Positions 9,321 through 17,765 of a stretch of 64,000 nt of DNA are shown here, piece by piece. Made by a program: the position numbers and the translations under genes. Source of the DNA: Tepidisphaera sp. (lineage in GTDB: Bacteria; Planctomycetota; Phycisphaerae; Phycisphaerales; UBA1924); assembly GCA_050916045.1 (NCBI GenBank), contig CP051526.1:1568001-1632000 (forward strand), given 5' to 3'. The notes below the pieces were generated by a model, which had not been told where the DNA came from, made no database searches, and worked only from the letters and a program-made list of their open reading frames with translations. The first letter of the stretch is position 1. The number at the start of each line of letters is the position of its first letter.

Positions 9321-9352
9321 TCGTCGGCCGAATCGACACAAGGAGGTGTTCG

Positions 9353-10039
9353 GTGGATCAGTTTCCGGGGTTGGAGTGGTTGGGTGATGGGGACGAGGTT
9401 CGCGACGGAGCCCAGGGCCAAACGAGAGCCCGCAGAAGTCGCTCAGAGCGAAGCTCAGTCGGAAGGCAATCAGAAGCACCAGCCGAAGCGGAGAGCGTCG
9501 ATCACGCCGCCGATCCCGCGCAGGTCCGAATCCCGCGAGCCCGGCACGCACGTCGCGCCGAAGCTCCCGCCGAAGTCGCGGATCCCGTCGAGTACTGGGG
9601 CCGCTCGGATCTCCGGCGCCGTCGCTCACGCGAACTTGCCGACGAGATCCTCGGTCAGTCCGCCGCGCTCGCGCCGGAGGATGGCGCTCTGCTTCGGGCC
9701 GTCTTCCTCGACCACAAACCGATGACCGAGCTCGCCGCGCTCACGCGCATGCCCGTCCGCGCCGTCCGTCGGCACGTGCGCGAGCTCGTCCGACGCGTCA
9801 CCTCGCCCGAGTTCGCGTTCGTCGTCCGCCACTCGCACGCGTGGCCGGAACAACGCCGCCGCGTCGCCCAAGCCGTCGTCGTCATGGGCAAGTCCTACCG
9901 CCAGACCGGCTGGGACCTGGGGCTCTCGCTTCACGCCGTCCGCTGCCACTCTGCGAGCGTCTACGCGATGTGCGAAGCGGCCAAGCACCTCGCCAGCGAG
10001 ATCGCCGCCGCCCGCCTCGCGGAATCGACCCATGCGTGA
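9353..10039 (+). CDS. Protein with two tandem sigma70-region-4-like HTH motifs
   Basis: AGGAGGT RBS then GTG; LAPEDGALLRAVFLDHKPMTELAALTRMPVRAVRRHV and WPEQRRRVAQAVVVMGKSYRQTGWDLGLSLHAVRCH. Confidence 0.7.
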   Translation: MDQFPGLEWLGDGDEVRDGAQGQTRARRSRSERSSVGRQSEAPAEAESVDHAADPAQVRIPRARHARRAEAPAEVADPVEYWGRSDLRRRRSRELADEILGQSAALAPEDGALLRAVFLDHKPMTELAALTRMPVRAVRRHVRELVRRVTSPEFAFVVRHSHAWPEQRRRVAQAVVVMGKSYRQTGWDLGLSLHAVRCHSASVYAMCEAAKHLASEIAAARLAESTHA

Positions 10040-10682
10040 AGTCGCGACGCGCTCGAGAATTTCCCCGCGCGTCGTTGATGTCTGCCTCGCTCTCGGCCTC
10101 ACCATCCGCAAGCCGGCTCGTTTCCGCGAGCCCGCTCGCGTACGTGAAGCAGAGCGTGCGCTCCTCCGCGCGATCCGCGCGTCGCGAGGGCGCCCGCTTC
10201 TGATCAGCGTGACGGGTCCGAGCGGCGGGGGCAAGTCGACGCTCCTGCGGGCTCTGGCAAAGGCGCTGCGGGCAGGCTTTGGGCCGCCGCGGCGTCTGCG
10301 CGCCGATGTCGCGGCGGTGGACGCCGTCCGTGGCGGAGCGGCTTTGCTTGCGCGGGCGGGGCTGGCCGAGAGCGCGGCGATGATCGCGTCCGCACGCGAG
10401 CTTTCCGAGGGGCAGAGGCATCGCCTCCTGATCGCTCGCCTGATGGATCGCCGCTCGCGCGTGGTCTTCATCGACGAGTTCGCGTCCACCCTCGACCGCC
10501 CGACGGCGATGGGTGTCGCGATGGGTATGAGACGCTGGGCGCACGCGGCGGGCAAGGTCGTCGTGTGCGCCACGGCGCACGACGACGTCGAGCGGTGGCT
10601 GGACGCGGACATCCGCGTCCGCGTGCCGCTCGCCGGAGAGATCGAGATCGAAAGCGTCGGGGATCGCAGATCCACCGGGTGA
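10032..10682 (+). CDS. Minimal ABC-type ATPase (COG2401-like)
   Basis: Walker A GPSGGGKS, signature LSEGQ, Walker B VVFIDE, H-loop CATAH; overlaps the upstream stop. Confidence 0.8.
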   Translation: MREVATRSRISPRVVDVCLALGLTIRKPARFREPARVREAERALLRAIRASRGRPLLISVTGPSGGGKSTLLRALAKALRAGFGPPRRLRADVAAVDAVRGGAALLARAGLAESAAMIASARELSEGQRHRLLIARLMDRRSRVVFIDEFASTLDRPTAMGVAMGMRRWAHAAGKVVVCATAHDDVERWLDADIRVRVPLAGEIEIESVGDRRSTG

Positions 10683-10709
10683 GCACAGGGGAACGGGGCT
10701 CGCCGGGGG

Positions 10710-11522
10710 GTGAGCCGCAAGGGGCAATGGGGGCAAACGGTGCGGATCGAGACGGGCGGATGGGCCGACTACGAGCGGCTTTCGGTGTGGCATTACCTCG
10801 CGGGAGCGCCGAGGGTGGTCGACGTCATCCTGCGTGCGGTGTGCGAAGCTCCCGGCGTCGGCCCGCAGGTCGCGGGCGTGCTCGTCGTGTCGCACCCCGC
10901 GCTCTTCGGCTGGTGGCGCGATGAAGCGTGGCCGGGGCGTTACATCCCGCGAAGGAACGGTCCGACACGCATCCAAGCCGCCGAGCATCTCAACGCCGAG
11001 GTCCGCACGATCTCCCGCGTCATCGTCGATCCGCGGTTCCGAGCTCTGGGCGTCGCGTCTTCGCTCGTCCGCGCGTATCTCGCCAAGCCGCGCACCCTTC
11101 GGACCGAAGCCGCCGCCGCGATGGGCGGGCTCTGCCCGTTCTTTGCCCGCGCGGGCATGCGCGAGCACATCCGTGGCCCCGATCGCTTCTCGCTGGAGCT
11201 CAGAGCGTGGCTTGCCACAAAGGGCATCCGCGCCGCGGATCTCATCGACGCGGACCGGGCCGCGCGGGCGCTCAAGCGGCCCGGCGTGGAGAAGCACCTT
11301 CGCTGGTGGTGCGGCAAGTCGTTTTCGACCATGCGGTCGGCACATCGCCCCCTTCCCGCGCTCGCGGCCATCGTCGCCGCGCGGGTGTGGGGCACGAGAC
11401 GGGCGTACACGTGGGACGCTCAGCACATTGGCGGCGTGGAGACGCCGGGGAGGAATCGTGGGGGATCGCAAGCACGTTCGCAAAGCTCGCAGGACCAAAG
11501 CCGCTCGCGCGGCCGACATTGA
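10710..11522 (+). CDS. GNAT acetyltransferase (COG2401/Mom-like)
   Basis: WHYLAG, AGVLVVSHP, ISRVIVDPRFRALGVA (acetyl-CoA motif A), PFFARAGM. Confidence 0.75.
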   Translation: MSRKGQWGQTVRIETGGWADYERLSVWHYLAGAPRVVDVILRAVCEAPGVGPQVAGVLVVSHPALFGWWRDEAWPGRYIPRRNGPTRIQAAEHLNAEVRTISRVIVDPRFRALGVASSLVRAYLAKPRTLRTEAAAAMGGLCPFFARAGMREHIRGPDRFSLELRAWLATKGIRAADLIDADRAARALKRPGVEKHLRWWCGKSFSTMRSAHRPLPALAAIVAARVWGTRRAYTWDAQHIGGVETPGRNRGGSQARSQSSQDQSRSRGRH

Positions 11523-13116
11523 TCAGGACATCATCCGCCCGGAAACTGTGGATCTTCAGAAGCCGCCCCGAACGCCGGACCAGCTCCACGCGTGGATCCG
11601 CGAGCACCTGGAACTCGACCTGCCGCGCGAAGCCGTCATCGACGGCCACGCGGCTCCTTTCTCGTACATCGCGTGGACGTTCTTCGGGTCGCCCGCTCCA
11701 AAGCCCGACGACCTCCCGGGAGTGCCCGACGCCGTGGTCTGGGCCAACCGCGGTGGCGGAAAGACTTTCCTCGGTGCCGTCGCGACCACCCTCGACTTGC
11801 TCTTCCGGCCAGGCATCGAGGTCCGCATCCTCGCCGGAAGCATGGACCAGGCCCAGCGGATGCACGCGCACCTGCGTGCGTTCTTCGCACGCCCGACGCT
11901 CGCCGGGCTGATCGAGGGCCGCGTCACCGACAAGAAGCTGCGTCTGGTCAACGGGTCGGTCGTCGAGCTTCTCTCCCAGTCGCAGACCTCCGTCCGCGGG
12001 ACGCGCGTCCAGCGGGTGCGGTGCGATGAGGTTGAGCTCTTCGATCCCGACGTCTGGGATGCCGTTCAGCTGACGACGCGGTCCAAGGTCTGCGGCGAGC
12101 GTACGGTCCGCGGCGCGATCGAGTGCCTCAGCACGATGCACGTGCCCCACGGCCTGATGCACCGCCTGGTCGCCGAAGCCCGCGAGGGCAAGCGCAAGCT
12201 CTTCAAGTGGGGCGTGGTCGATGTCCTGGAGCGATGCGGACCCGAACGCAGTTGCGGCGTGATCGAGGCTTCGGCCGACGGCGTATCGCTCCCGGTGCTC
12301 CAGCCCGAGGGGGGCGGAGCGTGCGTGCTTTGGACGGAGTGTGCCGGCCGGGCCAAAGCGCGAGCGGGCAACGAGACGGGCATCGGCGTCGGCCATATCG
12401 CCATCGACGACGCCATCGGCATGAAGGGCCGCGTGTCGCTCACCGTCTGGGAAGCCGAGATGCTCTGCCTGCGGCCCAAACGCGACGATGCGGTCCTTCC
12501 GGAATTCGAGCCCAAGACGCACGTGGTTTCGGAGATTCCCGGCCTTGCGGGCGGTGCCGCGAACGAGAACGCCGACCTCCGGTGGGTGGGCGGGATGGAC
12601 TTTGGGTACCGTTCGCCGGCCGTCGTGCTTTGGGCCGTCCTCGATGAACTCGGACGCGTCTGGGTCGTCGATGAGCGGGTTCGCAAGGGACAGACCGTGG
12701 CCGAGCACGCTGCGGCGATTCACAAAGCACCCTGGCCGACGCTCGCGTGGATCGGCGTGGACCCCGCCGGCAACGCGACCAACGAGCAGACCGCGGACAG
12801 CTCGGCCGGAGTGCTCCGCAAAGCCGGGCACGTGGTGAGATCTTCAAGAATCCCCGTCGCTCGCGGGCTTGAGCTGATCCGCCAGCGACTCCGCCCGGCG
12901 GACCTGGGGTCGCGCGGCGCGGGCGGCCCGACGCTTTATGTGCACGAACGGTGCCGCGTGCTGATCGAGTCGCTGGAGCGGTACCACTACCCGGAGCGGG
13001 ACCCGGAAAGCACCGACCCGGTGAAGGACGGGCACGATCACGCGGTGGATGCGCTCCGGTACCTCATCCAGAATCTGGAAACGCCGCGCGGAGCCAAGGT
13101 GTGGAAGTACGCGTGA
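11458..13116 (+). CDS. Phage terminase large subunit
   Basis: GGAGG + GTG start; Walker A ANRGGGKT, Walker B VRCDEVE, coupling motif LST, RNase-H nuclease GGMDFG ... DHAVDALRY. Confidence 0.88.
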   Translation: MGDRKHVRKARRTKAARAADIDQDIIRPETVDLQKPPRTPDQLHAWIREHLELDLPREAVIDGHAAPFSYIAWTFFGSPAPKPDDLPGVPDAVVWANRGGGKTFLGAVATTLDLLFRPGIEVRILAGSMDQAQRMHAHLRAFFARPTLAGLIEGRVTDKKLRLVNGSVVELLSQSQTSVRGTRVQRVRCDEVELFDPDVWDAVQLTTRSKVCGERTVRGAIECLSTMHVPHGLMHRLVAEAREGKRKLFKWGVVDVLERCGPERSCGVIEASADGVSLPVLQPEGGGACVLWTECAGRAKARAGNETGIGVGHIAIDDAIGMKGRVSLTVWEAEMLCLRPKRDDAVLPEFEPKTHVVSEIPGLAGGAANENADLRWVGGMDFGYRSPAVVLWAVLDELGRVWVVDERVRKGQTVAEHAAAIHKAPWPTLAWIGVDPAGNATNEQTADSSAGVLRKAGHVVRSSRIPVARGLELIRQRLRPADLGSRGAGGPTLYVHERCRVLIESLERYHYPERDPESTDPVKDGHDHAVDALRYLIQNLETPRGAKVWKYA

Positions 13117-13124
13117 GAGCGAGA

Positions 13125-13376
13125 TCAGCGGGCGGCGATCCGGGGCATCAACTGCGTGATGAGGACAAACATCAGCACGGCGAGCCCGGCGATCGAGAGC
13201 ACGATCTGTGCCGTCATGATCAGCACGTTCCGCCAGTAGTGCTCGAACGTGTGGACGCGGATGGCTTTGTACGCGACGGAGACGAAGAACGCCAGCGGGA
13301 TGAGCGTGAAGTACCACCACGACTCGATGTTGAGCGGATCCAGGAACGGCGTGTAGGCGAGGATGGCGTGGTTCAT
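13125..13376 (-). CDS. Small two-TM membrane protein
   Basis: PFLDPL..WWYFTLIPLAFFVSVAYKAIR; host-like codon usage. Confidence 0.7.
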   Translation of the reverse strand: MNHAILAYTPFLDPLNIESWWYFTLIPLAFFVSVAYKAIRVHTFEHYWRNVLIMTAQIVLSIAGLAVLMFVLITQLMPRIAAR

Positions 13377-13442
13377 GGCGGTGGGCGAGGGGCCGCGGAG
13401 TGCGAGGAACGGTTCGTGGGCGGGGCGGGATCCGAAAGGAGG

Positions 13443-13934
13443 TCAGATAAGCGTGGGGCGGCGGCGGGTCGGGAAGCCGGCGTCGATCACGGCGATCACG
13501 TTCAGCATGCCCGCGATCGCGGTAAAGAGGATGCCGACATCGAGAGGCTTGCCGATTGCTCGCTTGTACCTGGAGACGACCGGGTCGGGCGTCAGGCGGA
13601 CGCCGCCCGAGGTCATTTCCTTGAGGTTGTTCTGGTGGAAGTGGTCGATCGCGAAGGTGACCGGGCCGACCATGAGCTGGCCCAGGAACCACCAGTCGTT
13701 CTCTTTGCGGTCGATGACGGAGATGCCGCCGATCAGGATTCCCGAAGCGTAAAGCCCGAGAATGCCCGCGCCCACCAGCACGCCACGCTTGCGATCTCCC
13801 GCGACGACATGCCCGAGGCCCGGGAGCGCGGCACCGGCGACCAGCGCGATGGGATCAAAGCCGGTGGAGAGTTCCTGGGCCGATGAAGCCGCCGAGGCGT
13901 GGGCGGAGTTGGAGTTGTTGGAGTATTCAGGCAT
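13443..13934 (-). CDS. DUF6677-like membrane protein
   Basis: LPGLGH..GDRKRG, GILFTAIAGMLNVIAVIDA. Confidence 0.7.
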   Translation of the reverse strand: MPEYSNNSNSAHASAASSAQELSTGFDPIALVAGAALPGLGHVVAGDRKRGVLVGAGILGLYASGILIGGISVIDRKENDWWFLGQLMVGPVTFAIDHFHQNNLKEMTSGGVRLTPDPVVSRYKRAIGKPLDVGILFTAIAGMLNVIAVIDAGFPTRRRPTLI

Positions 13935-14179
13935 GGTGGTGAGTGCCGGTAATGTATCGCGGATCGAGACTCCGAGGCGGTGGACCCGGTTTCCGGGTCG
14001 GGTCGCGACGGGGATTGGACGAAAAAGTCCGGTGGGGGGTGGGTGGAGCGGCGCGCTGGAGGTGGGTAAGGTTGGGTCGTTCAGGGGGGGAGTCCGCGGT
14101 TGTGGGCTCGTCGGGTTCGAAGGTCGGGGTGGGTTCGAGGATCGATTCGTACTTCTCTCTCGAGTTTGAGGGCTTGAAA

Positions 14180-14506
14180 ATGATGATGAACACGGTCGAA
14201 TGTGAAGCATGGACGATTGACGGCGGCGAGGGCGCCGGCGGTGTGGCGGTCGAGGATCGGCCCGCGTCGCCCTTCGGCCCGGCGGATGACCAGGGCGCTT
14301 TCCGCACGGTCACGCCCGTCGCCTACGACGAAGAAGAGGGCGAGGACGAGGAATTCGAGGACGGTGAGTTCGACGACGAGGACGAAAGCCTCGGCGAGGA
14401 CGGCGAGAGCTTCGAGGACGACGACGAGGACTTCCTCGACGACGAGGACGAGTTCGACGACGAGAAGGACGACTCGAAGGACGATGACGACGATGACGAC
14501 CTTTAG
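14180..14506 (+). CDS. Small, extremely acidic protein
   Basis: C-terminal ~60 aa almost all D/E with spaced F/L; GAC/GAG codon bias. Confidence 0.7.
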   Translation: MMMNTVECEAWTIDGGEGAGGVAVEDRPASPFGPADDQGAFRTVTPVAYDEEEGEDEEFEDGEFDDEDESLGEDGESFEDDDEDFLDDEDEFDDEKDDSKDDDDDDDL

Positions 14507-14628
14507 GCCTGTGACGGCTCCGGGAACCCCGGGCCGCGACGAACGGGTCGCCTGAGGGACAGATCACGCCGATACCACGCCGAGCCGGGAGCGCCCCGGG
14601 TCGGCGTTTTGTATCTGGAGATCCACCC

Positions 14629-15138
14629 ATGTCCAAGAACCAGCCCCCTTCGGGCCCACCCCGTGTCGCTCCCGCCGGAGAAGCCGCTCCGGCCGCTTCC
14701 TCGCCCCAGCCTCAGCCCGCCGATGAAGCCGCGACCGCCAAGCCCGCATGGGCCGACGGCTACGGCGGCGTCGTCGATCGCCGTCTGGGCATCGATCGCC
14801 GGGTCATCGAAGCCGGATTCACCGGCCTTGAGCGTCGCCGCGGTGCCGGCCGCCGACTCAGCGAATCCCAGCGTGAAGCCGAGGAAGGCCGCATGACCAA
14901 GGAGCAGTTCCTGTTCCTCGTCGCGGTCGATGAGTTCAAGAAAGCCAATCAGACCCAGTTCCCCACGTGGACCGACGTGCTTGAGGTCATCCGCTTGCTC
15001 GGATACCGCAAGACCTGCTCGAGCGAGCTCAACCTCCGCCGCGCCGAGGACTGGCTCGAACCGTCCAACGCCCCGTCCAACGTCCGCCCGCCCCGCTGGG
15101 CCGAACGCTTCGAGACCCGCAAGCGTCCGGCGGCGTGA
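14629..15138 (+). CDS. Hypothetical protein with DRR/ERR repeats
   Basis: VVDRRLGIDRR, ERRRGAGRR, FLVAVDEFK..FPTWTDVLEVIRLLGYRK; GGAG RBS. Confidence 0.75.
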   Translation: MSKNQPPSGPPRVAPAGEAAPAASSPQPQPADEAATAKPAWADGYGGVVDRRLGIDRRVIEAGFTGLERRRGAGRRLSESQREAEEGRMTKEQFLFLVAVDEFKKANQTQFPTWTDVLEVIRLLGYRKTCSSELNLRRAEDWLEPSNAPSNVRPPRWAERFETRKRPAA

Positions 15139-15162
15139 GACCGTGAAGATTCCGAGAAACGA

Positions 15163-15197
15163 AAAGAGCCGCGTCACCGAGGGTGGCGCGGCTCTTT
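15163..15197. terminator. Bidirectional terminator between convergent genes
   Basis: AAAGAGCCGCGTCACC-gag-GGTGGCGCGGCTCTTT. Confidence 0.85.
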
Positions 15198-15225
15198 GCT
15201 TGATGGGTTCGCGTTCGTTCGAGGC

Positions 15226-16200
15226 TTAGCGGCCGCCGGGTGCGCCGGGGACCGGGATGTTCCGGATGGTGTCGTAGGAGGACCGCTTCACGTCGGCGTC
15301 GAGGCTGACGTAGCGGCCGCCGCGAGCGGTGGGGACCGCCGTGGTGGAGCCCCAGTAGGGATACCCGTTGACCTGGCGGTGCATGTAGTCGGGAGCGTTG
15401 ATGAGCAGCGTGCCCTGCCAGTAGGTGATCGAGCCACCGTCGCCGCCGCCGTCGGTCCACTGGTCGGGCTCGACCAGCGAGGTGATCAGGTCCTTGACGG
15501 ACTTGGCGAGGTTCTCGCGGCGCATCGGGTCGGCTTGACGATTCTGGTTGTTCTGGTTGTTCTGGCCGAAGGGGCTCTGTCCGCCGCCACCGCCGCCGCC
15601 ACCACCGCCCGTGTTCTGGAACGCGGCTTGGAGGTCAAGCTCGGGGACGTCGGTCTTGTCCCGGACCTCAAAGAGCATGTCCGTGATGTCGTAGGACTCA
15701 AGGCGACGGAAGCGGTTGAGGGAGGTCTTGAGGCCGATCTGGATCGAGCCGCCGTCGGTCATCTGCCACGTCGCGGCGCTTGGGGTGGTCGTGGTGCCGG
15801 TGGCTTTGTCCAAGACCTTTTCGAGAAGCGAGAGGAGGGTCATGTTCTTGGCCGAGAGGGTGATGGAGGTTTCCTTCTCGAGGCCGGCGCCGGTGTTGTC
15901 GGTCCAGAGGACTTCAAAGTCCGCACCCGAGACATCGCGGATGAAGGTGATGCACTGCTCGAGGGTGTTGTCGGCGAAGTCGGCCGAGACGACCTTCATC
16001 ATCTTGGAGAGAGCCAGCGCGCCGGGGTGAACCGCGGTGGCGGTGCCGGAGGAGAAGGTGGTCGAGCGGGCGGGCTCGGCGGCTTTGGCGGGTTCCGCCG
16101 CAGCCGGAGCGGCCGGAGCGGCTTTGGGGTCCGGCTGAGACTGGGCGAGAGCCGAGGCGGCCAGACCGAGGAAGGTGACGAGAACAGCGGCGTGCTTCAT
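15226..16200 (-). CDS. Secreted secretin N-domain (STN/N3)-like protein
   Basis: Signal peptide MKHAAVLVTFLGLAASALA; DFADNTLEQCITFIRDVSG, YDITDML, ITSLVEPDQW, TLLINAP. Confidence 0.7.
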   Translation of the reverse strand: MKHAAVLVTFLGLAASALAQSQPDPKAAPAAPAAAEPAKAAEPARSTTFSSGTATAVHPGALALSKMMKVVSADFADNTLEQCITFIRDVSGADFEVLWTDNTGAGLEKETSITLSAKNMTLLSLLEKVLDKATGTTTTPSAATWQMTDGGSIQIGLKTSLNRFRRLESYDITDMLFEVRDKTDVPELDLQAAFQNTGGGGGGGGGGQSPFGQNNQNNQNRQADPMRRENLAKSVKDLITSLVEPDQWTDGGGDGGSITYWQGTLLINAPDYMHRQVNGYPYWGSTTAVPTARGGRYVSLDADVKRSSYDTIRNIPVPGAPGGR

Positions 16201-16534
16201 GAACCAGCTCCTTGGGCCAAAGACATGGCCAGTGTACCCCGCAACGCCTCCACGCCCATGCGGCTCGGGCCGGTTTCGCTCGGAAACTCGCCCGACGGAC
16301 CGGGTCCGGCGTCCTGCCGGATCCGCGGTGCTCTGGCTTGGATGTCGGGGACGGGGTCGTTCATTGCGAACAAGCCCCGAAAATCCCGGTCCAAGTCCGT
16401 TTGCTGAACATCTATGACTGACTGATCGCCCGACAGTTCCCATCGGGTGCGGAAAAAGGCAGGATGAGCGCGATTTGGAAGCGACCGCCAGATCCTCGTG
16501 AAGCCGGGCTGCGGGGCTGTCGATGTTCTCGGGG

Positions 16535-16736
16535 CAGGCAGAGACCCCGGGATTTGGTCTCTCAGGCTCGAAAGTCTGAAAGGGTCCCGGTGCCTGACGG
16601 ATTGATGAGGAGCAGGGGCGTGCGCACGGGCGACCGGGCACGCGCCGGCGAAAGGCCGAGGGATCGGCTTTGCGGTTTCGCCACCGCCGCGAGTGTTCGC
16701 GGCCATGGCGCCTGACTCACGGATACGAGACAAGGA
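16535..16736 (+). promoter_or_regulatory. Structured 5' leader with possible pseudoknot and ANGGA sites
   Basis: P1 CAGGCA/TGCCTG, P2 GAGACC/GGTCTC, P3 TCAGGCT/AGTCTGA; P2 loop CCGGGATTT complementary to GGGTCCCGG. Confidence 0.4.
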
Positions 16737-16746
16737 GCTTTTGAGA

Positions 16747-17700
16747 ATGACGTGCACGACCAACAACGGTTATACCCCCTCCGGCACCGCGGGCTCGCAC
16801 TGCGCCCCGTTCAACACCGGCGTGGGTCACACCCCGGGCTTTGTGGGGACGACGGGCAATCACCCGACGGGCACCGGCTATCCGACCGGCAACACGTTCC
16901 CGACCGGCGCGTACCCGACGGGCAACAACCCCTTCTCCCCGTACTTCTCGACGCAGAGCTTCTGGCCGACCGGCGCCTTCACCGGCCCGTCGACCGGTGA
17001 GCCCTTCGGCACGCCGAGCTTCTGGCAGGCGTTCCAGGCGTTCTGCGCGTGGACGAACGCTCAGAACTCCGTGAACGGCAACTTCACGCCGTGGTTTAAC
17101 CAGTTCCCCGGGTTCACGGGCAACGTGACGGGCAATGTGACGGGCAACTTCACCGGCCAGAACACCCCCTGGTTCGGCAACCAGGGCGTGACGCCGTCGT
17201 TCTTCGGCGGGTTCAATCCGTTCTTCGCCCAGAACACCTTCGGCCAGAACTTCTGGAACACGGTCGGCAACACCTACGGCCAGAACTTCAGCCCCACCTT
17301 CGGCAACACCTTCGGCCAGAACTTCAGCCCGACCTTTGGCAACACGTTCGGCACGCCGAACTTCTTCAACGGCTTCACGAACGGGTACAACAACGGCTTC
17401 ACGCCTTTCTTCGGCCAGAACACCTTCAACGGCTTCACGAACGGCTTCAACCCCTCGGCCTTCGGCTTCAACACCAACACGACGCCCTTCTTCGGCGTGA
17501 CGCCGTGGAACTTCAACTCCTTCGGCAACGTCTACGGCCAGCCGGTGAACCCGGCGTTCTTCGCGCAGTTCTTCACCCCCGGCTTCAACTCGACCTTCGG
17601 CCCCAACTTCACGAACACGGCGTTCTGGAACCAGAACGTGCCGTACGGCTACGCGACGCAGAACACGCAGAACTTCCGCGGCCTGGGCCTCGCGGCCTGA
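16747..17700 (+). CDS. Low-complexity N/F/G/T/P/Q-rich repeat protein
   Basis: AAGGAG RBS, strong NNC codon bias, downstream terminator; TFGQNFSPTFGN repeats. Confidence 0.8.
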   Translation: MTCTTNNGYTPSGTAGSHCAPFNTGVGHTPGFVGTTGNHPTGTGYPTGNTFPTGAYPTGNNPFSPYFSTQSFWPTGAFTGPSTGEPFGTPSFWQAFQAFCAWTNAQNSVNGNFTPWFNQFPGFTGNVTGNVTGNFTGQNTPWFGNQGVTPSFFGGFNPFFAQNTFGQNFWNTVGNTYGQNFSPTFGNTFGQNFSPTFGNTFGTPNFFNGFTNGYNNGFTPFFGQNTFNGFTNGFNPSAFGFNTNTTPFFGVTPWNFNSFGNVYGQPVNPAFFAQFFTPGFNSTFGPNFTNTAFWNQNVPYGYATQNTQNFRGLGLAA

Positions 17701-17727
17701 TCGGGAGTCCTTTCCAAGCAAGAGATC

Positions 17728-17765
17728 GGGCGGGCGTCCTCTTCGAGGGCGCCCGCTCTGTTTTT
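17728..17765 (+). terminator. Rho-independent terminator
   Basis: GGGCGGGCGTCCTC-ttc-GAGGGCGCCCGCTC-TGTTTTT. Confidence 0.8.

Noticed and set aside
8423..9352. Long N-terminal extensions of ORFs 8423-10039, 10834-13116 and 60934-63441
   Set aside because: They overlap better-supported genes; RBS- or motif-supported starts lie at 9353, 11458 and 61854.
8591..13116. Intact prophage
   Set aside because: No integrase, portal, capsid, tail or lysis genes in the window.
16540..16570. Glycine riboswitch
   Set aside because: Has GAGACC and CTCTCAGG but lacks the CGCCGAAG core and has no glycine-related gene.
16747..17700. Homology to eukaryotic FG nucleoporins
   Set aside because: Only compositional resemblance; low complexity cannot support homology.
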